Shown piece after piece: positions 50,401 through 62,124 of a stretch of DNA of 64,000 nt. The notes beneath the pieces were generated by a model. The model was not told the origin of the DNA. It was given only the letters and a program-made list of their open reading frames with translations, and ran no database searches. This stretch comes from Atractiella rhizophila (lineage: Eukaryota). The translations under genes were made by a program, and so were the position numbers. The stretch spans positions 1 to 64,000 of the forward strand of contig MU271359.1 of assembly GCA_021432655.1 (NCBI GenBank), in the 5' to 3' direction. How positions within the stretch are numbered: the stretch's first letter is position 1; each line of letters begins with the position of its first letter.

Positions 50401-51045
50401 TCTCGCTAGGCGAGGAATACTGATATAGGATGCCGATGAAGCATGATGATCATCCTTCACTCCCCCTTCTTCTCCTTCGACCCAGCCGACATCTCCATGA
50501 TCTCCTCGTACCGAAGTGCCAAGAACATCTTCGCTCAATTTGACGTCCTGAAAGAGAACTACGAGGAAATGAGATACATAAACATGGTGTTGTCCCTATG
50601 GTCCTTTTCCATGAGTTGCAGGACTCTCATAAGGGAGGTGGCCGTGGCGCGGGAGAGGGAGAAACATGGGAACTTGTGTGGTGAATCAGCTTACAACCTC
50701 GAGGTGCAGTGTAGAAAGTTCGTTAATTACTTCCTTGAGTTGCAGAAGGTATGGAAAACTGCACGTTCGTCTCTCCTCGCATCCTTATTCTCAGAGCCGT
50801 TACCCATTATTGACGCTTGATTTGCAGAGGCATTTACTCCAGCACTCGAAAACCTGCTCGAGGAGCCAGAACTCTCGATTCCTCTCTCCAGTCAACTCTC
50901 AAGCACGGAAAAGAACATCCATCCAGGGAAGTTATGGCAGGATTTGGGTTTTCAGGCCTCTCCAGAACAGGGACGACAGAAAAAGATGGATTCAAAAGGG
51001 AAACGGAAGATTAAGCTCGTTGGTGATTCAGAAGGGAACTTATAA
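47491..51045 (+). CDS. Zn(II)2Cys6 transcription factor with fungal TF middle domain (TF1)
   Basis: Spliced ACN|xCRLRKVRCD|GKFP|CGAC..TCEY; FYPLVLAVCLVG, RICMMLGLH, MLFW and IILHSPF; last exon ends GNL-TAA. Confidence 0.88.
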
Positions 51046-51406
51046 CGTCACTTTCTCTTCAAACACCTTCCTATCATCCCACCACTGCTAATTTATCGTT
51101 CCTGTTGTATTCACCATTCTTTGTCCAATGATTATCAAATTGAGATACCCAGTTGCACGTCTACGTTTACTCCGGGTTCAGAGACATTCTTCGCCCTGGA
51201 TTTCACCCATCTTTTCAAAACATACAAGTTGGCGAAGGTACACAAGGCTTGTTGAATCCCATCGAAATTATATTCAGACAATTACAGTACTCTAAAAGGA
51301 AAATTCTAGCTTCTTCGTTTGTTGGAGGGTTTGTTTTTTATTTCCCGTACCAATCTAATTTCTAATTGAAGATTGATTGATGGAGCTGCTGAGATTGAAA
51401 ACGAAC

Positions 51407-52055
51407 TCACATTTCTCCCCAATTGGAGCTATCCACAAAGATCCTCACGACCTCCAACAGGCCCTTTTGATCCTCTTCATCCCATCCCTCCAGAACCTCA
51501 CAATCCAAATCAAATACTCCTATTTTCCTCCCCAAGTCTCCAACCAAGATAGGGAGGACGATCTCGCTCTGCGTCTCCCCGTCGCAGGCAATGTGTCCCG
51601 GATACTCCTCGACGTTGGCGACCCGCACAGTTTCGCCGGTAAGGAAGGCGTCGGCGCATACCCCGAGATGCTCTTTCTTCGGGTGGGATAGAGATATGGA
51701 TTGACAGGCGGGACGACCGTGAAATGGGCCTAGAAGGAGGGACGTCGGCATATCCGATGGTGTTGGATTTGTGGAACGCTGGTCCAGAATGGAAGGAACA
51801 AAATAGAATCCTATTTCCAACGTCATGTCATTATCATCTGTTCACTCTGGAATATCGAAACGTTGACGCACCGCACCAGTTCACGCGCCTGTCTTCGCCG
51901 TGTAGAGCCCAGTAAACGAGGGAGGCGAGATTGGATGCATTGGTGATCACGTTTCGTTGGTCAGCGAGGAGTGAGCGTAGTTGAGTATGGAGGAGGGAGT
52001 AAAATTCAGCTTTAGACGAGGTGGGGGAGATTCGGGAGCTGTCTGCGTGTGGCAT
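51407..52055 (-). CDS. GAF-domain free methionine-R-sulfoxide reductase (YKL069W-like)
   Basis: MPHADSS, NWC|GFY, LLLGPFHGRPAC, GVCA, YPGHIACDGETQSEIVLP and GVFDLDC. Confidence 0.92.
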
Positions 52056-52378
52056 TGAGATGCTCCCACTGTGGTCCGTGATCGTTGCTCGTTCTGGTCG
52101 TTAACTTTCAACTACTGTGCTGACAAACTCTGATCAGTCTCCCGAACTTTAGGTAAGGCTCAACAAAAAGTATTTGGGAGTAAACACGAGTATTCTTCTT
52201 GACTTAGGCGAAGTAGTCTGATCGGAGGCTACCACTCAGTACCACTGGCACCCCGCTCAGAATATTGCAGCTGCTCTACTGTGACGCGGTCAGAACTTGA
52301 CTCAACGTGCCTGAAGTGCTGTGGCGCCGACCAGCAGCCCGTCCTCCTCCTTGAGCAGCAGGTTTATCGACTAGAAAC

Positions 52379-55300
52379 ATGGACACGTACCAGGCTGGGA
52401 TGATAGGCGGCGTGATGCTAGATATTGAGATACCTAATAGTGCCGCCCCTGAAGCTGTCGTCGCGAAAGACGGTGACAAGGATGTGCGAAAGGGAAGCGG
52501 GAAAGAGAGAGTTCCACCGATAGCGAAGTATGAGGCTTGCAATCGTTAGTATTTCTCTAATACTCGCTAAAGCATCACATTGATTATATGAGTCGGTCTA
52601 GCATGTCGTGTGAGAAAAGTACGGTGCGATGGTGCGAACTCCACTTAATTTATAGCCTCTTGATGGCATTCTTACTTTTTACCAAACAGGAAACCTCCCC
52701 TGTGCGCTTTATATTCTCTATAATGTTGCCAATCTGACTTGGATGATGCCACAAAGGTGGTGCATGTTCGCGCTCCAAAAATTCCAAGCGAGGTTCCTCC
52801 CTAGCGCAGTCTTGCGAATATACTCCAAATCAGCAGAAAAGACCGAGATACATTCTTAATAGCAGTGGCAGTGGAAACGGGAGCGACGCCTCACCTGAGA
52901 GCGGGGATGGCAAGGAGAAAGGGGTTGGGGAAGTGGATATACTCAGGTCCAAATTGGGTCCGTCTATGTCGTGACATGATTCCTTCAACTCTCCTCACAC
53001 ACTAACCAGCGGGCTGATTTGAATAGAAACCCTTGAACGAACGTTTGCAGAACTCAAGTCCCGAACTCATTCAGTCCAGAGTTCCCCTGGCACACGGATG
53101 GTGACTTCCAATCGTCTTGTTCGATCGACCACTCAGCGCAAGAATCCGACCAACAACATTCGTCTACCGCCTTCAGTTTCTCCTTCTCATTTCAGTTCTA
53201 ACTCATGGGGGGACCTACCATCATCAAGCAAGTCCATGATGATCCAGGAACCTTCTTCTCTGACCGCTTGGTCCTCCCTTCCTTCTCGACCTGAACCTCC
53301 ACTCCCCTATACGACGTCAGGCAGCCCAGCATCTATATACAAAATTCAGTGTAATCAAGACGACTTTGCTCAATTCCTTGACCTCTCCGCCTCATTTGGA
53401 TGCGCAACGACTGCTGCTCCCCTTGCCGCTGTCCCTCTTCTCGCGCTTAGTCAACAAGATCGTAGCGCATGGCCGAATGAGCTACCGCCACGTGAAGTCA
53501 CTCTACCTCTTATTTTCGCAGCGTACGACAAATGCGTCCTCTTAACCGATATCCTTGATCCTCGAACCTTTATCTCCAATCTAACAACACCATGGTTTGC
53601 TCGAGAGAAGGAGGAGACACCATTTTATCCCCTTGTGTTAGCCGTTTGTTTGGTCGGACTGTATGGTATGAAGGAGGGAGACGTGCGAGATCTCTTGGCG
53701 AAGGGAGGAGGACCGTGGTGGAGAGTCGATTGGAGGGAGCTTTATGATGCAGATGGGACTGGAACAGGTGGATGGAAGAAACAGCTGACGAATCACTTTC
53801 TCGGAAAGTTGAAGCGCGTCTTTCGCAACATTGAAGGCGACATAGAAGGTTTAGAAGGATTAGAACTGGAGACCAGGTTGACAGAGCTTGCGAAGATGAT
53901 CGTCATTGTTGTATTCTTCATGTACACTGAAGGCGAGTCGTTTTCCTTGTTCAAGACAATCTCCTGTGTTCCGGTTGGAAAGCCGATCTGATGCGTTCTG
54001 TGTAGGGCAATGGCTGCCTGCTGGCATGTGGAGTCGAACCGGAATCAGGATATGCATCATGTTAGGTCTGAACAAGACGCCATACACTGCAGCTACAAGT
54101 TCAATGCTGCAGAATGCAGAGCAGGAGACACACGCCTATGAGAAGTGCGTCATCTCTCCGCCTCCCTTTCGCTTGCCAATTTGGCGTATGCACAGCTCGA
54201 TGTTGTTCTGGGTATCGACGATGATGGAGCATCACTGCTCGTGCGCCACAAACTATCCCGTGGTCATGGCGGAGGCAGATATCACTGCTCCCTTGCCTCC
54301 TCGATTACCACCTGCCTTTTCATCGGTAGAACGGGGCATGGAGATTGAGAAGATGAATATCGCGGACTGGCGGTTGTGGGACGGAGGAGAACGACTCTTT
54401 AGCTTGGACGATTATCAACCTCATCAGTTGATGGTGAAGATGTCAATTCTAAGCGAGAAGGTTATGTGCTTTCTGCGAAGTATGTTCATACACTCTCAGT
54501 TGCCTTCATCGAATGAGTGATGCTGATGGCAGGTGTTTGCATAGGTCAGGCTCAGTTCTTCGAGAGCTGTCTGGATAATGATGGAACCGATCCGAGACAA
54601 CTGAGGGATAGGTTCGCTTCTTTACTCTTCCTAGTTCTCAGATATGAGGCTGATTCTGGGTATGTTAGTGCTGAATTCCAATCCATACACCTCATCATTC
54701 ATAAACATATCGAAGCTTTCCCCCGCAGGTTTATGGAGCTTTGCGCGGTCAACAGAGAGCTTACAGCTCAAGAGAAAAGAGACAGACATTACTATTTTCA
54801 GGCATATTGCGCGGTCAATAGGTCAGTTCTCTCCCTATCCTTCAAAAAGCGAGTTTGATCAGGTTATGCAGTGTGATGATCATCCTCCACTCCCCTTTCT
54901 TCTCCTTCGACGAAACCGACATCTCCATGGTGACCTCCTATCGTAGTGCAAAAAACGTTTTTTCTCGTGCAGATCTCCTGAAGGAGAACTACGATGAAAT
55001 GATGTTCATAAGCACGATCTATCACATATGGTCCTTCTCGACCAGCTGTAGGGCTCTAATCAGAGAAGTGGCGCTGAAGAGGCGGAGAGAGAGAATTGGG
55101 AATATTCACGGCGAGTCGGCTGAGAGCTTGGAGATGCAGTGTAGAAAGTTTCTCAACTATGTAATCCAGCTGCAGACTGAGTGGAAAAGCGCTGGTTCGT
55201 GGCTCTCACCTTATAACCTTCGTTCCTTAGTGACGCGGTCAGAACTTGACTCAACGTGCCTGAAGTGCTGTGGCGCCGACCAGCAGCCCGTCCTCCTCCT

Positions 55301-57818
55301 TGAGCAGCAGGTTTATCGACTAGAAACATGGACACGTACCAGGCTGGGATGATAGGCGGCGTGATGCTAGATATTGAGATACCTAATAGTGCTGCCCCTG
55401 AAGCTGTCGTCGCGAAAGACGGTGAGAAGGATGTGCGAAAGGGAAGCGGGAAAGAGAGAGTTCCACCGATAGCGAAGTATGAGGCTTGCAATCGTTAGTA
55501 TTTCTCTAATACTCGCTAAAGCATCACATTGATTATATGAGTCGGTCTAGCATGTCGTGTGAGAAAAGTACGGTGCGATGGTGCGAACTCCACTTAATTT
55601 ATAGCCTCTTGATGGCATTCTTACTTTTTACCAAACAGGAAACCTCCCCTGTGCGCTTTATATTCTCTATAATGTTGCCAATCTGACTTGGATGATGCCA
55701 CAAAGGTGGTGCATGTTCGCGCTCCAAAAATTCCAAGCGAGGTTCCTCCCTAGCGCAGTCTTGCGAATATACTCCAAATCAGCAGAAAAGACCGAGATAC
55801 ATTCTTAATAGCAGTGGCAGTGGAAACGGGAGCGACGCCTCACCTGAGAGTGGGGATGGCAAGGAAAAAGGGGTTGGGGAAGTGGATATACTCAGGTCCA
55901 AATTGGGTCCGTCTATGTCGTGACATGATTCCTTCAACTCTCCTCACACACTAACCAGCGGGCTGATTTGAATAGAAACCCTTGAACGAACGTTTGCAGA
56001 ACTCAAGTCCCGAACTCATTCAGTCCAGAGTTCCCCTGGCACACGGATGGTGGCTTCCAATCGTCTTGTTCGATCGACCACTCAGCGCAAGAATCCGACC
56101 AACAACATTCGTCTACCGCCTTCAGTTTCTCCTTCTCATTTCAGTTCTAACTCAGGGGGGAACCGACCATCATCAAGCAAGTCCATGATGTTCCAGGAAC
56201 CTTCCTTCCTGACCGCTAGGTCCTCCCTCCCTTCTCGACCTGAACCTCCACTCCCCCACACGACGTCAGGCAGCCCAGCATCTATATACAAAATTCAGTG
56301 CAATCAAGACGACTTTGCTCAATTCCTTGACCTCTCCGCCTCATTTGGATGCGCAACGACTGCTGCTCCCCTTGGCGCTGTCCCTCTTCTCGCGCTTAGT
56401 CAACAAGATCGTAGCGCATGGCCGAATGAGCTACCGCCACGTGAAGTCACTCTACCTCTTATTTTCGCAGCGTACGACAAATGCGTCCTCTTAACCGATA
56501 TCCTTGATCCTCGAACCTTTATCTCCAATCTAACAACACCATGGTTTGCTCGAGAGAAGGAGGAGACACCATTTTATCCCCTTGTGTTAGCCGTTTGTTT
56601 GGTCGGACTGTATGGTATGAAGGAGGGAGACGTGCGAGATCTCTTGGCGAAGGGAGGAGGACCGTGGTGGAGAGTCGATTGGAGGGAGCTTTATGATGCA
56701 GATGGGACTGGAACAGGTGGATGGAAGAAACAGCTGACGAATCACTTTCTCGGAAAGTTGAAGCGCGTCTTTCGCAACATTGAAGGCGACATAGAAGGTT
56801 TAGAAGGATTAGAACTGGAGACCAGGTTGACAGAGCTTGCGAAGATGATCGTCATTGTTGTATTCTTCATGTACACTGAAGGCGAGTCTTTTTCCTTGTT
56901 CAAGACAATCTCCTGTGTTCCGGTTGGAAAGCCGATCTGATGCGTTCTGTGTAGGGCAATGGCTGCCTGCTGGCATGTGGAGTCGAACCGGAATCAGGAT
57001 ATGCATCATGTTAGGTCTGAACAAGACGCCTTACACTGCAGCTACGAGTTCAATGCTGCAGAATACGGAGCAGGAGAGATACGCCTATGAGAAGTGCGTC
57101 ATCTCTACGCCTCCGTTTCGCTTGCTAATTTGGCGTATGTACAGCTCGATGTTGTTCTGGGTATCGACGATGATGGAGCATCACTGCTCGTGCGCCACAA
57201 ACTATCCCGTCGTCATGGCGGAGGCAGATATCACTGCTCCCTTGCCTCCTCGATTACCACCTGCCCCTTCATCGGTAGAACGGGGCATGGAGATTGAGAA
57301 GATGAATATCGCGGACTGGCGGTTATGGGACGGAGGAGAACGACTCTTTAGCTTGGACGATTATCAACCTCATCAGTTGATGGTGAAGATGTCAATTCTA
57401 AGCGAGAAGGTTATGTGCTTTCTGCGAAGTATGTTCATACACTCTCAGTTGCCTTCATCGAATGAGTGATGCTGATGGCAGGTGTTTGCATAGGTCAGGC
57501 TCAGTTCTTCGAGAGCTGTCTGGATAATGATGGAACCGATCCGAGACAACTGAGGGATAGGTTCGCTTCTTTACTCTTCCTAGTTCTCAGATATGAGGCT
57601 GATTCTGGGTATGATATTTTGTTGCAGGCACCTTCATTCCGGCACTCCAAACGTTGCTGGAAGAACCTGAACTCTCATTCCCAAGTTCCGCTCAACTCTC
57701 CAACTTGGAGGGCACCATCCGTCCAGGGAAGTTGTGGCAGGACATGGGGCTGCAGAGCCCAATGCGGAATCCTAGGACGAGAATGAGAATGATGGCTGAT
57801 TCCGAAGGTAACGTCTAA
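52379..57818 (+). CDS. Zn(II)2Cys6 transcription factor (TF2), last exon displaced by an inserted self-duplicate
   Basis: Exon-for-exon paralogue of TF1. Donor at 55195 (GCT G|gttcgt) is in frame with the last exon 57628-57818 (GTFIPALQTLLEEPEL..PGKLWQD), which matches the TF1 last exon. Confidence 0.75.
55230..57613 (+). repeat. 2384-bp near-identical copy of 52281-54664 (partial TF2; ATG at 55328)
   Basis: Constant offset of 2949. Lacks the two penultimate exons present at about 54669-55194. Confidence 0.95.
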
Positions 57819-57923
57819 CTGCTTAGTTCTGTTCGCTTTCTTCCTTAGATGTTATCCTGCCCTCGTTGTCTCGATGCGTAAACCAGTGTACAATCCCATC
57901 GCAATTCCACTATATAAATTATG

Positions 57924-59584
57924 CTACAAACTACTCACGGAGCTCAAACATGTTTCTTTCCACAATCCAACTGGTGATATCTTCTTTGGAGCTGCCGAAG
58001 GATCGAAATACTTTTGAATTGTTGGGGGCTCTACAATTCTTCTTTTAGCAATGTCTCCGGACAAGAAGAAGAAGACGCACCATCCGCCCAGCGCACCTTT
58101 AAGCCTTTCTTCTCCAACAGCGTTCTCACTGTCTGCCAGCTGAAGCGGGCGACGTTAGTGAATCCGAAGAGGGGGTCAAGAGACTGTGAGAGATAGGAAA
58201 CGGTGTTTGGATCTTCACAGACAACAAAGTCTCATGAGAACACAGCTAGGTCGGAGAACAGACTCACCAGATGGATATCCGCTCCCCAACTCCGTTAGAT
58301 GTGAACCAGACTCGTCGTACTTCCAATTCTCTATAATTGTGTCGCGCGTGACCTTTGCAGCTATTGAAGCTGAAGGTGAAGAAGTGAGTATGAAGTGCGG
58401 AGGAGGAGAAAAAGTAAAGTACAGACCAGCGGAAACGATGGCGAACTTGGAGTCTGCTTTGGAAGTGACTGTAAACTCGATAGATGGAAAGTACCCAGTC
58501 AATTTCCTTTGATATGCGTCAGATGGACCGACGGTATCCACAAAGCATTTTGTGATCCTGAATCCCATTGAGAGAACCTCGCGAATCAATGCTGCAGTTG
58601 TATCGTGCGCCTGAGCATTTCTGTGAACACTTCAGCTGGCGAGAACTCAAGCGCTGAGAACGAGGAACCACACAGGTTGTATGGAAATTTTTGCCTGTAT
58701 CGACACAAGTTGTCAGGCTGAGAAAAGGAAAGATAGAAAGACGAACAGCATACCAGCCGAGATGTCAGTTGCGCTCAACACTCGGACGGCCCATTTGAGC
58801 TTGTCAGGTTGAGAACAAAGGACGTTAGAGAGTTCGCTCCTTCTGTCTGCTTTCAAGGTTTTAGAATCTGCCTCGTTTTCCAATCAGCGGTCTGAGGAGA
58901 GGATAGATAACAGCGGACCTGCAAATCCCATCTCTTTCAACTCATCCTCGAACTCTGCTCTGCAATACGCGACGGCGTAAACCATGGGACCTCTGTGCAC
59001 AATGTGACTAAAACGAAGCAAAAAGTGTAAAGAAACCTACAAGACAGGACCGCGACCTGCCTCATCAATGCCCATAATCCATTCTTCGTTTTCTGGTTCT
59101 GGAGTTTCAACAGCATACCAGCCGAGATGTCAGTTGCGCTCAACACTCGGACGGCCCATTTGAGCTTGTCAGGTTGAGAACAAAGGACGTTAGAGAGTTC
59201 GCTCCTTCTGTCTGCTTTCAAGGTTTTAGAATCTGCCTCGTTTCCAAATCAGCGGTCTGAGGAGAGGATAGATAACAGCGGACCTGCAAATCCCATCTCT
59301 TTCAACTCATCCTCGAACTCTGCTCTGCAATACGCGACGGCGTAAACCATGGGACCTCTGTGCACAATGTGACTAAAACGAAGCAAAAAGTGTAAAGAAA
59401 CCTACAAGACAGGACCGCGACCTGCCTCATCAATGCCCATAATCCATTCTTCGTTTTCTGGTTCTGGAGTTTCGTTCTTCGAAGATGAGTGGAAGGTGTA
59501 CGACTTGGAGGTTTGACCGCCTACTTCGACCGAGGGGATGGAGGGATTACTGACAGATGCTTCCTGCTCAAATTCTTCGTCCAT
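57924..59584 (-). CDS. RNH201: Ribonuclease H2 catalytic subunit A, containing an internal tandem duplication
   Basis: GIDEAGRGPVL|GPMVY, GFA|DSKTL, YNL|NAQAHD, FVDTVGP, KADSKFAIVSA|ASIAAKVTRD and GSGYPS. Confidence 0.9.
58744..59473. repeat. 365-bp direct tandem duplication (58744-59108 and 59109-59473)
   Basis: Identical except TTTTCCAAT versus TTTCCAAAT within an intron. Confidence 0.97.
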
Positions 59585-59599
59585 TAGAACAAACTTTTA

Positions 59600-59649
59600 A
59601 CGCGTCTGGAGGAGTTCAGTGCAGCTCTTGGTTGTTTCCGTGGACGCGT
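59600..59649. promoter_or_regulatory. Two MCB (ACGCGT) elements upstream of RNase H2A
   Basis: ACGCGT at 59600-59605 and 59644-59649 in the 224-bp divergent gap. Confidence 0.55.
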
Positions 59650-59808
59650 CGTGAACTACACACGTACTACACAGTGTTTAAAGTTGTGTAGATCTGGTCA
59701 GCTGTGTGCGTCACTGCATCTCACTGCATTCGCTTTCCTTGGAGGCAAAAAAACGACGACCTTCTTCGTGCATCTTTTATTCTTGACTTTTTAGAAAACT
59801 ATACCAAA

Positions 59809-61704
59809 ATGTCTGGTGAGGCTCAGAACTACTTTCACGTCAAAGGAGGAGTCTTCGAGAAGTTCGAGCTGAAGGGAAAAGTGGCTGTGGTTACTGGTGG
59901 AGCGAGGGGATTGGGGTGCGTTTAATCCTGCTTTCAGTGCAAATCATTCTCGCTGATGGCCATGGACACTGAAGGTACGAAATGGCTCGTGCTCGTACGT
60001 CTTCAAATATTCAACATGGTGAGAGGAATGAGTGACCGAACGACGGTCTCTAGTTTGCGAAGCCGGTTTGGCCGGAATTGCTATCGTTGATATCCTCCAA
60101 GAGTTTGGAGAGGCAGCCATCAAGGAATTGCACGCTGATTTCGGCTTGTAAGTTTTCTCTTCCACTTCTGTAGCGGTCATACTGGGTGTGTTGTGTTAAT
60201 TGTTCGCAATAGGACCGCTTCGTTCTACAAAGTCGATGTTCGCGATTCTAAGGCCGTCGAAGAGGTCATGAATGGTGTGATCAGAGATTTTGGTCAGATT
60301 GACGTCCTCATCTGCTCCGCTGGAGTCGCCGACAACATCTCTGCTGGTCCGTCTATCTACTTTCTATCCTTGAAAACGCTCATAAGTCTTTGTCGTTTTT
60401 AGAGGATTACCCTGCTGACAGGTTCAAGAGGGTAGGTTTCCCGTCTCAGTCCTTCTTTTAGGAGGAAAGAAACAACCCAAATTGGGATTCCTCCCGACCC
60501 AGAATGCTAACGCGCCGCCTTACGTAATAGGTCATCGATATGTACGCACTGTTTGTTTGACAGTTGTCAGGTCCAAATTGACAAATAACGATCTTCAGCA
60601 ATCTCAATGGCGTAAGTCGCTGCTTTGACTGTTCGAGTGTCTTGTCTCACATCAGTTTCAGACTTTCTTCTGCGCCCAAGCTGTAAGCATAGCTTTCCGA
60701 ACCGCACACTTGATTGAAACAGTATCACCTTCTAGTGTGCGAAACACATGATTCCGTCTGGAAGAGGAGGCGCAATGATTTTTATCGGTTCCATGTCTGG
60801 TTAGTTCGTTCTTACTTCGCTCCTCCCCTCCAAATATTTACTCGGGAACTAGGACGGATTGTCAACTACCCTCAGGTGCGCTTCATCATTTCCTTGAACT
60901 CTTGGAAGAATTGAAGCAAATTGCCTAGCCTCAATGCGCTTACAATGCTGTGAGTCTTTGATTGCTTGCTGGATTAATAGTGCTAACCGAAAAGTGCAGT
61001 CAAAAGCCGCCGTCGTTCACCTCATGAAGTCTCTTGCTGCTGAGTGAGCATCTTGCGATGATTTTCCAACAGAACTGACACTGTTTGATCAGATGGGCAC
61101 CGCATAAGGTTGCTGCTTTTTCACGTCACTGTTAAGTTTCTAATGTAATGATTGTATGTCAACAGATCCGAGTAAGTTCCTTTGACCCTTCTTCAATGAG
61201 GCAAGGCGTCAACCTCTGACATGATTTTACCTGTTTTGGTTGCATGATAGGTGAACGCCATCAGCCCAGGGTACATGAATACCGTTTTGAATGAGAAATT
61301 CGACCCACTACTGAAGAAGGTGTGTTTCGTCCTTCGTTAACCCAGTCAGGAGACGCTGATTTAGCTACAATCTGACAGACTTGGTATGAGAGGACTCCGC
61401 AGGCAAGTGGGCGTCCAAACCTTGAAAATAATTCTAACCAGTGATTGTTGCATGCGCTTATAGGGAAGGATGGGACAGTATGTCTTCTCCCTGTTCAGCT
61501 TCTTCCATGCGATTTTAATTCTGTTGGAATGTGCAGCGTTTCGGACCTGAATGGTGCTGCCTTATACCTCGCATCTGAAGCGGCCTCTTTCACAACGGGC
61601 ACTGACTTGTTGGTCGATGGGTGCGTATTCCTCACCATTCTCGTCCTTCAGGGCTTTCATCCAACTGACGTCGATTGGGCATCAGTGGATACTGCACTTG
61701 GTAA
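59809..61704 (+). CDS. SDR polyol dehydrogenase (D-arabinitol 2-dehydrogenase/sorbose reductase-like), 19 exons
   Basis: VTGGARGLG, SAGVA, GSMS|GRIVNYPQ|PQCAYNA|SKAAV, IR|VNAISPGYMNT and TGTDLLVDG|GYCTW-TAA. Confidence 0.92.
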
Positions 61705-61926
61705 ACATAGCTCAAGACGGTGAAACGGAAGAATGCTTAAAATGACTAAAATGGATTGATTTGCCTCCTCGTAATGAAGGGGAGACGTTTGTGCATAGAC
61801 GTAGTGTTTCTGATCTGAAAGGAAAGTCATTTGTGCCATCATGATCGAGAGATCTTGAAGTTCGCTTGTCCGATGTAGCAGCTCCCGATTCCCGGTCGGA
61901 GCAAGAGTCGGGATGCGGGATGCACC

Positions 61927-61967
61927 AAAAATTTCTGTCAACCACACCAAACCAACCGACCCTCATC
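61927..61967. promoter_or_regulatory. RRPE-like and PAC-like motifs upstream of LYAR
   Basis: AAAAATTTC at 61927-61935 and CTCATC (GATGAG on the - strand) at 61962-61967, 160-200 bp upstream of a nucleolar gene. Confidence 0.4.
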
Positions 61968-62124
61968 TCAGTTCAAGTTTATTACGTTTCGTCTTTGGTT
62001 CAGCTCGGGAGGGTACGCATCACAATTAACTGGTAATCCCTTGTTCATTCTGTTTTGTTCAGGGGGAGACATTTTTTTGCGCTTGCTCAAGTTTGCGGTT
62101 CAGTGATCGTGCAAGGCTGCAACC

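Noticed and set aside
59402..59404. Premature TAG after GPVL in RNase H2A
   Set aside because: It lies inside an intron (TT|gtaggt..cag|A GGT) whose removal restores LGPMVY.
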